A DNA stretch of 64,000 bases from Macrostomum hystrix (taxonomy: Eukaryota; Animalia; Platyhelminthes). Below, piece by piece: positions 51,001 to 62,660 of the stretch. Under the pieces are notes generated by a model, which saw only the letters and a program-made list of their open reading frames with translations, did not search any database and was not told where the DNA came from. Position numbers and translations under genes: made by a program. The stretch spans positions 12,524,001 through 12,588,000 of the forward strand of contig CATNEN010000007.1 of assembly GCA_950097015.1 (NCBI GenBank). The letters run 5' to 3'. The first letter of the stretch is position 1, and each line of letters starts with the position of its first letter.

Positions 51001-52428
51001 AATGATTGATTCTGGTGAATCGGTGAGTGATTGATTCTGGATTGTGAATTGTGGCATATTTCAGAGAAATCAGAAAGAGCATCATTCAACTGGTCACATG
51101 ACAGTCCCATTAACGTGCAACTCACTGCTGGAAAGTCTTTATGCCTGCATCTGGGTCAAACTTGTAGCCCTCCTGCTTGGGCGCCGGCTGGTGCGACAGC
51201 TCTGAAAATGAAGTGGGCCGGCACTGAGCACCTGACAGACTGCACTGAGCACCTGACAGACTGCACTGAGCACCTGACAGACTGCAATGAGTACCTGACA
51301 GACTGCAATGAGTACCTGACAGACTGCAAACCGCAACTGCTCGATGAATTCCATTTCTGCATTGTTCAGTCCTGGCCATTGTCTCCCAGAGCCACCTGAG
51401 AGCACTTCATAAAGATGCACTGAGCAAGTCTAATTAACTTGAGTAGTTCCCCCGACTGCTCACTCATCTGCCTGGCTCATTCAGCAGACAATGGGTAAAT
51501 AGTGCTGGCTGACTGCTCAGCTGCGGTCGAAGCTGTCATGGCATTGTCAAGGCTAGCAGGCAGGGAGGAGAGCAAAGAGCAGGAAAGGCGCCGTTCCAAA
51601 TATAGAAGCGGCTGCCGGATCTGAGGTCAGGGCTGGCGGGGGAACAAAGGCTAGCAAAGCGGGATTCGGGTTCTGGGCCTGATTCCATCGAATTCGCCCA
51701 GGCAAAGACAGGCCGCCGGGCCTAGTGGACAGGGTGGGGGCGGAACCTCCCTGAGATTTTGACGCTCTTCGAGTCAATTCAAAAGCTGGTAAACAGGCGA
51801 GACATGCCGGCTGACTGGGTAGGATGGCAAAATATAACAAACCTTAAAGGGGGAGCCAGGACATCAGGCAGCGGAGCTTTAGGAACCAGTCGGGGCGACA
51901 GATAGCACAAGTGGGATAAAAGAGGAGCGGATAGAGCAGGGGCGTACAACAGAAGAGGATAGCAGAGGGCAGATAGCAGAGGGCGGATAGCAGAGGGCGG
52001 ATATTTCATGGGTGGATCACAGGATGAATATTGCAGGGGTGGATATTGCAGGGGTGGATATTGCAGGGGTGGATATTGCAGGGGCGGATATTGCAGGGTG
52101 GGTATTGTAGGGGGCAGATTCTGCAGGGGCGGATATTGCAGGGATGGATATTGCAGGGTGGATATTGCAGGGCAGGTAAAAAAAGGCGGGTGTCAGTTGA
52201 TGCGTGCCTGAAGGCGGGCAGCCTCACCTCCTGGTAGGCCGATTTTCTCGTATCCCTCAACATCTTCCAACGCGCCAAGCTGCGAGTCGGCGAATGTTTT
52301 CAGCAGCTGACGCTCCAACTCCTCGTCCTGCTCTGGCACAAGCGTAACCAAGGACGATGCCCTTGACAACGAAGACATTCCTTCAGCAATGCTTGCCGGG
52401 GCTTTTCGGTTGAGCAGCTCAGGTAAAT
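45040..52428 (-). CDS. SSUH2: SSUH2 homolog (DnaJ-like CxxCxGxG repeats, C-terminal CaaX). Exons ~52428-52228, 51201-51126, 50301-50172, 48725-48540, 48306-48140, 47222-47027, 45291-45040; 5' end uncertain
   Basis: All six introns are GT..CAG with matching phases (1,2,0,0,2,0). The spliced protein has SSUH2-type motifs (EQCC, YDLESFLESR, PGPWDV, VPHTS, repeated CxxCxGxG, RHRLRGVPVT, FFVYGFE) and ends CRCCSLL. A further possible donor at 52903 suggests an upstream exon. Confidence 0.88.
45450..47019. repeat. Compound intronic repeat built from GTGACTGA, GACT and CAGTGGGACTGATTGAGTGA units
   Basis: Fills most of the last SSUH2 intron (45292-47026). Confidence 0.95.
47690..47718. repeat. (CTG)n microsatellite in an SSUH2 intron
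   Basis: About 9 GCT units. Confidence 0.85.
47808..48124. repeat. 23-bp minisatellite GTCACTCCAATCGTCACTCAGGT (~14 copies), intronic
   Basis: Perfect tandem array starting ~15 nt from the donor at 48139. Confidence 0.95.
48750..50150. repeat. 20-bp minisatellite CTGGGTGAGACTGAGA(G/A)GGA (~70 copies), intronic
   Basis: Period 20, occupying nearly all of intron 48726-50171. Confidence 0.97.
50757..51040. repeat. 25-bp minisatellite TGATTGATTCTGGTGAATCGGTGAA (~11 copies), intronic
   Basis: Tandem array; each unit holds the short inverted repeat GATTC-tggt-GAATC. Confidence 0.92.
51222..51328. repeat. 21-bp minisatellite GCACTGAGCACCTGACAGACT (5 copies), intronic
   Basis: Tandem array ~20 nt from the acceptor at 51202. 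Confidence 0.9.
51950..52172. repeat. 14-bp (GATAGCAGAGGGCG) and 15-bp (GGATATTGCAGGGGT) related short tandem arrays, intronic
   Basis: Two adjacent degenerate arrays, at about 51950-52003 and 52022-52172. Confidence 0.85.
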
Positions 52429-54203
52429 CTGGACAAATCAGACAATGGCCTCGCAGGCAGCTGCAGTCGCGAGCTCTTTCTTCTTGCTCTGTCTTCCCAG
52501 ACTCCTTGCCCGCCCCAGCAGAGCCGCAGAGCGCTCGATTTTGCTGTCACTCAGGCCAGCCACCCCCGCCAGTCTCAGAGGTGGGAGCGGCTGAGAGGGA
52601 GAAAGTTCCCTGCTCATCGGCAACAATGGGCGGCAGCTCTGCCCCAGCCAGCCAATGCGGCCAGGACCTCCCCAAGCAGATCGGCATCGGCGCTATCGAT
52701 TCCCCACCCAGTCTCCCGCGGCCTCCCCAGAAAACACAGCGCGAGCCCAGCGGACTCCTGGCCGAGGTGCCCACCGCAGTGAAGCAGTTCAGCCCGAATC
52801 TGGCAGTCTGGGGATTTGAGAAAGCTGCAGTTTTCCCACGCTGTGAATACTAAGAGACAGTTTTTGCACACCGGCGGGCCTGAGTAGCTCCAGACGGACT
52901 CACCTGCTGCAAGTGGAGTAGAGCTGAAATGAATTTAATCTGCTCCGTGCACTGCTCACACCGAGCTGAACCAGCATGGCAGCAGTATGAAAGCGCATCA
53001 GACATTTGTTGTTAGACCCTCCACCCCACTGGCTGCCTATGGCAGTCCTTAGTTTCGCTAAAAGCATTTGCATTTCGTGCATCTGATTTCCTTTTTTGGC
53101 GTGAAAACACGCGCTTGCTTGCTGCTAGAAGCGGGAGATCATCAGGCAGTCACCCTGCGTGACCAGCGCCTGTTGCCAGCTCACGCGTGTTAAAACGAGG
53201 TCAGAACACCTGACCGTGCCCTCTGCAAATGTCTATGGCCAAAGAAGAAACACTTGCGTAGACATAACTAAGCTTTTTCCCAGGGACCACTATAGAAGAG
53301 GAAGGACGGGACACTTCGTTTCTTGGAAAATTTATTAAAGGCTGATTTTCACGGAAAATGCCCTACATAGCGGGATAGGAACTTTTCACTTTTTTTCACG
53401 TTAAATTTTGATAACTTTTTGTTAGAAACTTAGAAATACTGTCTTTTAATATATCTTTGCAAACCTATTGCGTCAACGAATGTTAAGAAGCTTCATTTAA
53501 AAATATTTGTTATTCTTTTTATTTTCGTTTATTTATCACGAAGCACAATGGCAACCAATCAGACATAAAATTAGCCTATAGCTGGGGTGAAATTGCATAC
53601 GCTCAGTACGTAAAACATGCAAGGTAACGTAAACTAAGATCTACAGCGATATGAGCAGAGTGACGGGTAATGAGAAGACAGCGAGGCGGATTGCTCAAAC
53701 ATTAAAAGCGGTTAAAGCCTCTCGCTTTACCCGCCTATTTTATTCTACAAGTGCAGTAATATTACGTTAAATATACACGTTAAATATCCCTTTGGCAATA
53801 CCGTAGTCTATGGTAAAAAGTCCTAACTTTCTAGGAGCATTAGTCGTTTATTGCGCTCAAAAAGATACGATTTGCACCATAGACTACGGATTCCCGGCTC
53901 AGAATGAGAGAAATAAATGAGCATTGAATAAGCAATCGCAATATATAGCAAATGGCAATTTCCTCCTTGGCTAATTTTTGTTAGTTCTATTGTTGCATAA
54001 AATATAAGAAATTCATCGTTCACAGTCTGTGACAATTTGTAGTGACTTTATTTGCAATAAAGGACGATATTGGGTACTCTGCGCGCTTCACTCGCTTGGC
54101 TTGCCACTCTATGGCACTAACTTCGCAAGCTTCGAATTGACCCATTGACGGCAGATAGAAGCAAAGCAATTTGAATTCGCTAATTTACTCTGCAGCCTGT
54201 GAA

Positions 54204-54455
54204 ATGGACGCCATGTCCACAGTCTACATGATTCTCGTTCTGTGCATCTCGCTGCTGCTGGCTCTGGCCACAGATGCTCTCCTCATCTACCTGGTGCAGG
54301 TGTTCCTGCCTCGGCGGCTGGCTCGGCTGGCAAAGCAGGACCCTCGGCCCGACCTAGGTCTCGATTCGGTGATGAGCGCGGGCTCCATGGTTTTGAATTC
54401 CACCTCGACTTCGTCCTTGGCAGACGCTGCTGTGGAGGTTAGGGCTCGGAGCTGA
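54204..54455 (+). CDS. Putative small single-pass membrane protein (83 aa)
   Basis: ATG in AAATGG context just after an acceptor-like TTACTCTGCAG. N-terminal hydrophobic stretch (VYMILVLCISLLLALATDALLIYLVQVFL) followed by basic PRRLAR, in a GC-rich island. No recognised family. Confidence 0.5.
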   Translation: MDAMSTVYMILVLCISLLLALATDALLIYLVQVFLPRRLARLAKQDPRPDLGLDSVMSAGSMVLNSTSTSSLADAAVEVRARS

Positions 54456-54719
54456 GACTGCAGTTCAGGTGCCCCGCCCAGGTCAGCGGCAGTCTGCTGG
54501 GCCACGCGACTGCGTTGATTCGAGTGAACCTGTTTTCCGTTGAAGCTGCGATTCATTCTGCGTCTTGACCATGGGCAATACTATGAGGCTAATCCATGCA
54601 CCGACAGAATTGATCGATAACCGCGAATTCAATTTGCCAAATTTGTCAAATTAAATATTCAAATTTACCCAGCATTCTGCCTCTGTGTGTTAATTATAAA
54701 GCTGCTGCGATTAAGATGT

Positions 54720-55403
54720 GACTGCTGAGCTAATGATAAGACAGCTGAGCTATTGATTGAGACTACTGATCTATTGATAAGACTGCTGAGCTATTGATTG
54801 AGACTGCTGAGCTATTGATTGAGACTGCTGAGCTATTGATTGAGACTACTGATCTATTGATAAGACTGCCGAGCTATTGATTGAGACTACTGATCTATTG
54901 ATAAGACTGCTGAGCTATTGATTGAGACTACTGATCTAATGATAAGACTGCCGACCTATTGATTGAGACTACTGATCTATTGATAAGACTGCCGAGCTAT
55001 TGATTGAGACAGCTGATCTATTGATAAAACTGCTGAGCAAGTGATTGAGACTGCTGATTTATTGATAAGACTGCTGATCTATTGATAAGACTGCTGAGCT
55101 ATTGATTAAGACAGCTGATCTATTGATAAGACAGCTGAGCTATTGATTGAGACTGCTGATCTATTGATAAGACAGCTGAGCAAGTGATTGAGACTGCTGA
55201 TTTATTGATAAGACTGCTGATCTATTGATAAGACTGCTGAGCAAGTGATTGAGACAGCTGATCTATTGATAAGACAGCTGAGCAAGTGATTGAGACTGCT
55301 GATTTATTGATATGACTGCTGATCTATTGATAAGACTGCTGAGCAAGTGATTGAGACTGCTGATCTATTGATAAGACAGCTGAGCAAGTGATTGAGACTG
55401 CTG
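54720..55403. repeat. 20/21-bp alternating minisatellite (GACTGCTGAGCTATTGATTGA / GACT(A/G)CTGATCTATTGATAA)
   Basis: About 33 degenerate units, often arranged as 41-bp dimers. Confidence 0.92.
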
Positions 55404-55892
55404 CGTCAGTCACAAGGCTAAAACGTCTGGAATAAGACAGCTGCACCATCACAACTGTACTAATGCCGCCCGTCCCAGCAGGCAGGCCACATTAATTTGA
55501 GACGAGAGCATCGTCATGGACGCTGCACTCGACCAGTGAAAAAGGCGCGGGTCATTGGCGCAGCTCTCACCTAAAACTGCTAATCAATTTAAGAGATACC
55601 AAATGACTGCAAATGCCTTTGGATTTGCTTGTGGAATAAGAGAAGTTTCAAAGGCGCAGAGTTGCACAGCTACTGTACAGCGAGCACAATGGAGGGGCTC
55701 TCCTAGGTCAGTCCTGTGGGAATTGGTCACTACGCGAGCTCGACCGCTTGCTGCAGAGCGCACTGTTCACTCGTTTGAGCGAGTTTGAGTACAGCAGGAG
55801 AGAAGGCTGTCGCATTGTCTGCCTTCTAAAAGCAGAGCATCGGAGAGATTCGCATGCGTTAATTTCTTGGCGCGAGGCAGTTCGCCCTTGCC

Positions 55893-55935
55893 ATGCGCGC
55901 TCAAGCAGTGCCGACCCAGCCTCTGTTGCTGCTGT

Positions 55936-55972
<37 letters not shown>

Positions 55973-57785
55973 AGGCGCCCTGTGGCAGTCAGCGCGCCCG
56001 ATCGCAGCTACGGCTATTGTGGGAGGCCTAGCCGCACTGGTCGCTGGCGTCCACCTGCTTCGCCGTCGACAGGCTGCATCGGAGGAGCCGCCGACAAAGC
56101 TGCAGTCGGAGCCGGCCAGCTCGGCCAGTCAGCAGAGAGGAGTTCGACGCCTTCAAGCGCTGCCACTGAGCGGCCAGATCTCTGCGGACTACACGGAGGC
56201 GGAGGACTGCCCGCTGCGGGGCGTCGGCGACCTGCCGACACGGCTGTTCCGGGTGACGCGGCAGGCCGCCAACCCTCTGGTGTCTGCAGGCTGGAGCTGC
56301 TGCGATCGGGCAGCCGAGAAGGAGACCTCCGACCGCCTGACCCGGTTCTCCTGGACGGTCCCGCGCTGGTCGCGGAGCGCCCGGTCGTTGCACCATCTGG
56401 AGAGTCCGGAGTTCGCCGACCCGCTGATGCGCGGCGTGGCCTGGCGCTGCCTGCTGCGGAGGGAGGGAAGACAACTGCAGGTGTGAGAAACTGCCGTTCG
56501 ATGGTTGTATAGTACTCTGAATAAAAATGTGAGCTCATGCAGTCTCAAGCAGCCAGGCAGGGAATAGAGAATGAGGTGGTGGAGCTTCAGAGAGTCCATC
56601 CCGGTTCCGGTGGGCGTCAAAGTGGGCGTCTCCGGTTCTAAGATTTCGGTCGTGGGTGACATGTAGCTCGTGGGTGACATGTAGCTCGTGGGTGACATGT
56701 AGCTCGTGGGTGACATGTAGCTCGTGGGTGACATGTAGCTCGTGGGTGACATGTAGCTCGTGGGTGACATGTAGCTCGTGGGTGACATGTAGCTCGTGGG
56801 TGACATGTAGCTCGTGGGTGACATGTAGCTCGTGGGTGACATGTAGCTCGTGGGTGACATGTAGCTCGTGGGTGACATGTAGCTCGTGGGTGACATTTAA
56901 TTCACCCATTTCTGAGTCTGTGTAAATCAATCTTAAGGACTCACTATGCGCATGCCCAGTACTCTCCGCAAAAATTACATTGAATGTGGGTAAGAATCTA
57001 GAGTAGGGCTGCTGAGTGCTTGAATTGGGCTTAAAGTCAAGATGAGCTCTCTGCCAATCGCGCAGGTGCTGGTGAAAGCTGCTCGCCTGGAGCCGGCCGA
57101 GTTCCCGGAGGGTCGCCTCTTCGCCGAGCTCACCTGCACCTGCGGCGGCGTATCAAAGCGCACCTTCGGTGCCTTCTATCCAGGTGTGTTCGAGTTTTCC
57201 CTGGGCCTCGAGGAGGCTGCAACAGCTGCTGCAACAGAGAAAACCGACTTGCTGACCGTGGCCTGCACTGCTGTCGTCCTGTCGAGCGTATCTGTCAACC
57301 AGCTGCCTCTGCTGCCCCCAGCCTGCCAGACCGACGGACACGGCCGCTACGTCAACTGCCACCCTGCTGGAATCCGCTGGCAGCTCGCCGACTGGCAGCA
57401 GCTAGCCTGGCGCCCAGGCGACGCCGCCTTCTCCCCGCTTTTCAGCTCCGCGTCTCTGCCGGGCTGGCTGTGGCAAGTCCACCTGTACCCGGCATCTGAC
57501 GAGCCTTTGACTGCGGGCCATGCCTCCGTCTTCCTCAAGCTGGTGGACACGGTTGGCCCGACGGCGGGGCCTCTGGAGGCTGACTTCGAGCTGGTACTGG
57601 TGCCAGGCGTCCTCAGCTTGACGGATCTGGCGGCTTCGACCGCAGACGGCCTGTTCGACACCGTCGAGTTCGCGCGTGGCGACGCACATGGCTTCCGCGG
57701 CGTGGCGCCCCTGGGACGCCTGCGAGCCGCCGGGCCGCTACTGGTCGAGTGCGCGCTGCGCGTGAAGATGCCGCTGTTCACGTGA
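55893..57785 (+). CDS. Two-exon gene (55893-56480, 57066-57785): N-terminal hydrophobic segments plus two MATH/TRAF-like domains (~435 aa)
   Basis: Phase-0 donor CAG|GTGTGA (56481) and acceptor CGCAG|GTG (57065) join the two ORFs. MATH signatures FSWTV..W....LESPEF....W (domain 1, divergent) and IRWQL.DW...FSPLF...W.VHLYP...HASVFL...HGF...LLVEC (domain 2). Confidence 0.75.
56650..56896. repeat. 18-bp minisatellite GCTCGTGGGTGACATGTA (~13.5 copies) in the MATH-gene intron
   Basis: Perfect tandem array between donor 56481 and acceptor 57065. Confidence 0.96.
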
Positions 57786-60700
57786 CCTGAGTGCTCCAGC
57801 TCTGCACCAGTGACAGCCATTTCTTGTAATTTTACGGTTCTTTCGAGTCAGGAAAAACTCGCCGTCTACTTCACCCCGTGTGGTGTAATCTTACTATGCT
57901 AAGTCCCTCATTAAAAATATGAGGCCTCACAGAATCGTGTGCTCACACCATCTTCAAATTATTCTCCGAATCATTTTTAATTGAACCAAGGTACTAAAAA
58001 TTGAAGCTAGGTTTCACTGAAAAGACTCCAACTGCCGTCTTCAAGGGCAACTTAATAGATAGGAGCTACGAGCTCGTAGATAAAAATGATGCTTGTGAGA
58101 TGGCGCAAATACTATGATCTCGGCTCCAAAAAAACAATCCTCTAGCAGTTGTGAAACTCATGCGGCTGTGCTATTTAGATCACCGGGTCTCAAAAGCATC
58201 TCCAACCCACACACTGACCTCATCCACGTGAAGCGCTCAGTTTCAGTGGTGTCTAGTTGAATTGATTTAGATGGCTGCAGAGGCCGCAATGGCCATGTGG
58301 ATATAAATAGCTAAAAAGCATAATTTTACAAAAAAATGCCCAACAATCTGAGATTTTTATTCCACAGCGACCGGGCAGTACAGAATCCGACTGCTTACTG
58401 AGACAATGGCGGCAATCTCTCGGGGAGGATCCATTCAACAAGTGGCCCCAGTGCGGTGCAGATGCCTCCGCTGAGCGCAAACTACTTGATTTTCTGCAGC
58501 GGGGTGGATCCTTTACGCTATCTGGTCATTGTTAGGAGAGCTGTGCAGCGAAGATGTGGCTCACTAGTCAGTCTGGCTATAATGATGCTGCGACAGTGAA
58601 TGTAAGTAGAGGCATGTCAGCCAAATGAGACATTCGCATGCCTCTCAGCGTCGGTAAGTTATCAGCCTGAGCGGGAGTGGAAGCCACATCATGTTTTCTA
58701 GCTGCAGCGTGGAGCAAGGAGATGCTAGCCACGTTCTGTTCAGACTTCCATGCAACAGAGCTGGAAACCATTATTCGATAGTCTTCGATACAGACAAATG
58801 TTCTGGTTGCGTGGGACCAAAGGCCTGGAATAACCGTACTGACTCTGTCGGTGAAAAAGCTGGCCAGATGCTGGGACACCGTATTTGTCATCAGTAGTAA
58901 CAAGATCGGCTATTCGGACCTTCTGCTTCTGCTCCTGAAGCAAATTCTTGCACAGTCGCATGTCTGGCACCAAAAAAGCGATTTAATGGGCCTGACGAGA
59001 GCAGGATGGCCGCTCGCTCCTAAAAATCTCGCTAGTCTCCCAATCTAGACAATTTTCAGGCAAGTCGTGGATTTCTCAGTTTTTTATCATAAACCAATTG
59101 CTCAAATAAGTCATTTCGGCTGCACAATATGCCTAGGCCACCTTTGAGCTCCCGATTCGAATCTTCGCGCTGACGCTGAGTGGGGCGCCGAAGTCACCCC
59201 AGATGATGAGCCACCAACCCGCGTGACGAGCTTCAAAATTGGCCGTGAGTGAAGAGGGTCGGTATTGGCGGATGCACAGAAGCAACATGGAGAGTAATGT
59301 GGCTCGGCTCACAGCTCTGCTCAATTATATTGATAAATGGAAATTACATTACATACACAAGTCGTGTGGCCAAGTCAGCGAACCAAAACAATACCGACCA
59401 TGCTCGCGGACTGACAACTTTGGATCAAGCTTTTTTCCGTTTTGAACAGGGCTAGGGCCGCATTTTTTTCTTTCTGATAAAACAAGCAAGTAAGCTTTCA
59501 GCATTTTGAGTGTAGTATAGTTAGTGTCAGGAGTTATAAATAATATAGAATAACTGAATGGTTCACTTAACTGCATTTATGGTTTCTATACTGTTTGCCG
59601 ACTCACTGCCATATTTATATCTTTCCAACTTATTTAGTGGCATATAAGGAGGACTCCAGTAACAATACCCTTCTCACCTAGTCCTCTTTTTCAAGGTAAC
59701 TTTTTCATACCTTGAAGTTCTATCAAATGTGTTAAGACACATGTTAACTAAAAAAAGTAAAAAATGACAAAAGCACAAAACTAGGCCTAAGAAAGGACCA
59801 GCTATTATATCTTGTGTTTGATAAAATGGTAGCATTTTAGTGTCGCACCAAATCAAACAGAAGACTAGAATTTGTTTTTGACGACTTCGTAGTAGCAATG
59901 CCTGTACCATTGTACATGCGTTAACTGCATAATAAAATACTATTTTAAGGTTCATAATGTATCGATGACGCAAGTTAACTCATAGATGCGCCTCCTATAA
60001 GCACTACACAAAAAAAATCATTTTTCTTTTTAGATGCAAATGGGACAGATATAAAAATACGAGTATTACGAAAAAATTACAGCTGAAATTTCCAACAGAG
60101 TTGAAAACCGAATTATTAAGTGCATCAGACAAGGTTCTCTACTTGCTGGTTCAAGAAGACGAAGAATTAACATAGTTACTAGCAAATTACATAGCACAGA
60201 TGACAGTGGCTCGAGAAATAGTTGCAATGTAGCTAACTTGTGCTTCCTTAGCAAGATGTAAATTTTGTATAACCTAAATAATTTAATTAATTTTTTATCT
60301 TAACTTTTTGCACTGTCAATAGTCAACGTGTAAAACGAAAATAGTTTTTACTTTATTTATTGTTGCTTACCTTCGCAATCAGAATATATGCGCGATTGTT
60401 TTTTTCACATTTTTGTTCAACTTATTTAAGAAAAAAATAATTAAACATAAGCACCTTGCATTGCATGCGCAATCTGATAATAATAAATAATAACATATTC
60501 CCTCCCTGTGCTGCAGGAGAGCAGTACAGTATGCAGTAGGCCTATTTAGTTTTCTTGACATGATATGTACAAAGGGTGACTGGTGTGGATCCTAGTCATT
60601 TCGTCAACTGCCATTTCGTCAACTGGACACATCGTCAACCCGTTCCCCGTATTGGTCGTTTCGTCAACCAACCAATAGGATACTTTCAAAGCTTGGTTAT

Positions 60701-61014
60701 TTCGTCAACTGTTCAATGGGACGATGTCAACTTTTTGTCACTTCGTCAACTGCCAATAATACACGCCCCGCATGAAACTTTTTTCCCGTTGCATGTTTAT
60801 TCAATGCAGCCCTCCTCCTTTCTCATTCTGGGCTTGGGACCAGACAATGGCGGAGTTACTGCCACAAAGATGCAGTAATTGTATGGTAAAAAAGGAAAAA
60901 TGCATTGCACAAAATCACAAAGATCACAAAGAAGGCCACCACAAAGGTCACAATCAAATATAAAGCTGAAGACATGCGCAGAATGTACAGTACACTTATC
61001 CACTTACGTACGTA

Positions 61015-62185
61015 CTAGTCCTGCCTCCGAAAATTCGGAGGCAGATGATCCAAGGCCAGTGCAAACTGGAGGTCGACTGGAGGCTGCGGGCGCCCAACCT
61101 CACGAGACCGATTGGCGATTCGCACCAGCTGATTGATGCCGGGTACCACTGGGCCAATGTCCCCGGTCTCCAGCAACTTCGCCTCCACGATTGCTGCAGC
61201 CGATCTGAAGCAGTGCCGCTTCGCGTCCTCCTTGATCTCGGCGACCAATCGGCGCTTCATTCCCTCACGCACTCGTGCTTCGCAGATGTGAGCCGCTTGG
61301 CCGCTTCGAATGTTGCCCTGACTGTCTTCAATGGCAGAAGCCGGGCACTTCAACCTGGAATTGCGTTGGGTGCAGCGCCAATAGCGAATGTTATTCTTTT
61401 CTACGTTCAGCCCCAATACATATTCTCGAGCTCCAATGCGTTGAATAAGTGACGGCTTTTGCTTCTTGGTGCCATTGCGAACAATGACGAATTCCTCTAG
61501 ATTGCCGGCCTCATCGATTTCTGGGAGCACCTGAGGCTCCAGACCTTCCATCGAGACCTCAGTGAGACGGACCGGCTCTTGGAAGGGCCCTGTGAGGAAG
61601 AAACGTGTGAAGTATCTGGATTTCTGTCACTCGCGATGCCTTGCTTTAATTATTTAAGAGCAATTCCCAAGGTACTAACCATAATGTCTATAATATTTAT
61701 TTAAAATTATTTAATTATTAAATATAGAATGTCTCACCTGCTTCGGCAGCATACATTTCGGCCAGTAGACCTGCTGCGTCTTCTGCCTCCGCCGCTGGCT
61801 CCGCCCCTGGCTCCATCGCTGGCTCCGCCGCTAGATCCGCCGCTGGCTCCGCCGCTAGATCCGCCGCTGGCTCCGCCGCTAGATCCGCCGCTGGCTCCGC
61901 CGCTAGATCTGCCGCTGGCTCCGCCGCTGGCTCCGTCGCTGGCTCCGCCGCTGGCTCCGCCGCTGGCTCCGTCGCTGGCTCCGCCGCTGGCTCCGCCGCT
62001 GGTCTTGCCTGACAAGTGGCACACGACCATGCGAACACGTCCTGCCGCATAAGCTGCCTGTACTCTGCTTGTGAGATTCTAGTCCCACAAGTTCGATGTT
62101 GCCACTTTTGGCACGAATCGCACTGTATGGCCTGTTGACGTGGCCGCACAGTCTCTGAGCACTGAATACACTTATCAGTGTCCAT
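61015..62185 (-). CDS. Truncated transposase-derived protein: PHD finger, (AEPA)n linker, FLYWCH domain; exons 62185-61738 and 61589-61015
   Basis: C4HC3 PHD (CIQC..CDSCQKWQHRTC..WSCATC) and FLYWCH-type YWRC..C..H. Phase-1 GTGAG..CACAG intron 61737-61590 joins the frames exactly. The ORF stops at RPQPPVDLQF..HLPPNF..D, where a MULE DDE domain would be expected to follow. Confidence 0.78.
61786..62002. repeat. 12/24-bp coding repeat (CCGCTGGCTCCG / CCGCTAGATCCG) encoding an AEPA/ADLA linker
   Basis: In-frame tandem repeat after the PHD finger. Confidence 0.9.
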
Positions 62186-62334
62186 TACCAAGACGTAAAA
62201 AATTGAGTGGCCCTCCTGAAACCCTACTCCATTATATAGTGTTTGAGGAGGTTGCATTGTCAGGTTTAAAGTATTTCGTATCATGTTGAGACATGATAGT
62301 TGAGGATTAGACAAGGTGCTAATTCGCATTGAGA

Positions 62335-62660
62335 GATTGAGAGAACATGTGTCAACCCGAGGGGCGCTGGTTTAAGTAAAAGAGACAGGGTGCACGTTGT
62401 CAGCTTAAGAGAACAGGTGTCAGCGCGAGGGCTCTGGTTCAAGTTACAGAGACAGGGCACGTTGTCAGTTTGGGGGTGGGTGCGAAGATAGATTGAGAGA
62501 ACATGTGTCAACGCGAGGGGCGCTGGTTTAAGTAAAAGAGACAGGGTGCACGTTGTCAGCTTAAGAGAACAGGTGTCAGCGCGAGGGGCCCTGGTTCAAG
62601 TTACAGAGACAGGGCACGTTGTCAGTTTAGGGATGGGGTGGCGAAGATGGATTGAGAACG
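62335..62660. repeat. 156-bp tandem duplication, itself made of two related ~68-bp subunits, in the transposon 5' region
   Basis: GATTGAGAGAACATGTGTCAAC at 62335 and 62491; subunits share GAGAACA.GTGTCA..GAGACAGGG..CACGTTGTCAG. Confidence 0.88.

Noticed and set aside
50757-51040. GATTCTGGTGAATC similarity to the P4 hairpin of the CPEB3 HDV-like ribozyme
   Set aside because: It is only a short palindrome in a 25-bp repeat; no other ribozyme elements are present.
56189-56896. (YMSPTS)n ORF resembling the RNA polymerase II CTD heptad
   Set aside because: It is the antisense reading of an 18-bp intronic minisatellite, with hexad not heptad periodicity and no RPB1 sequence nearby.
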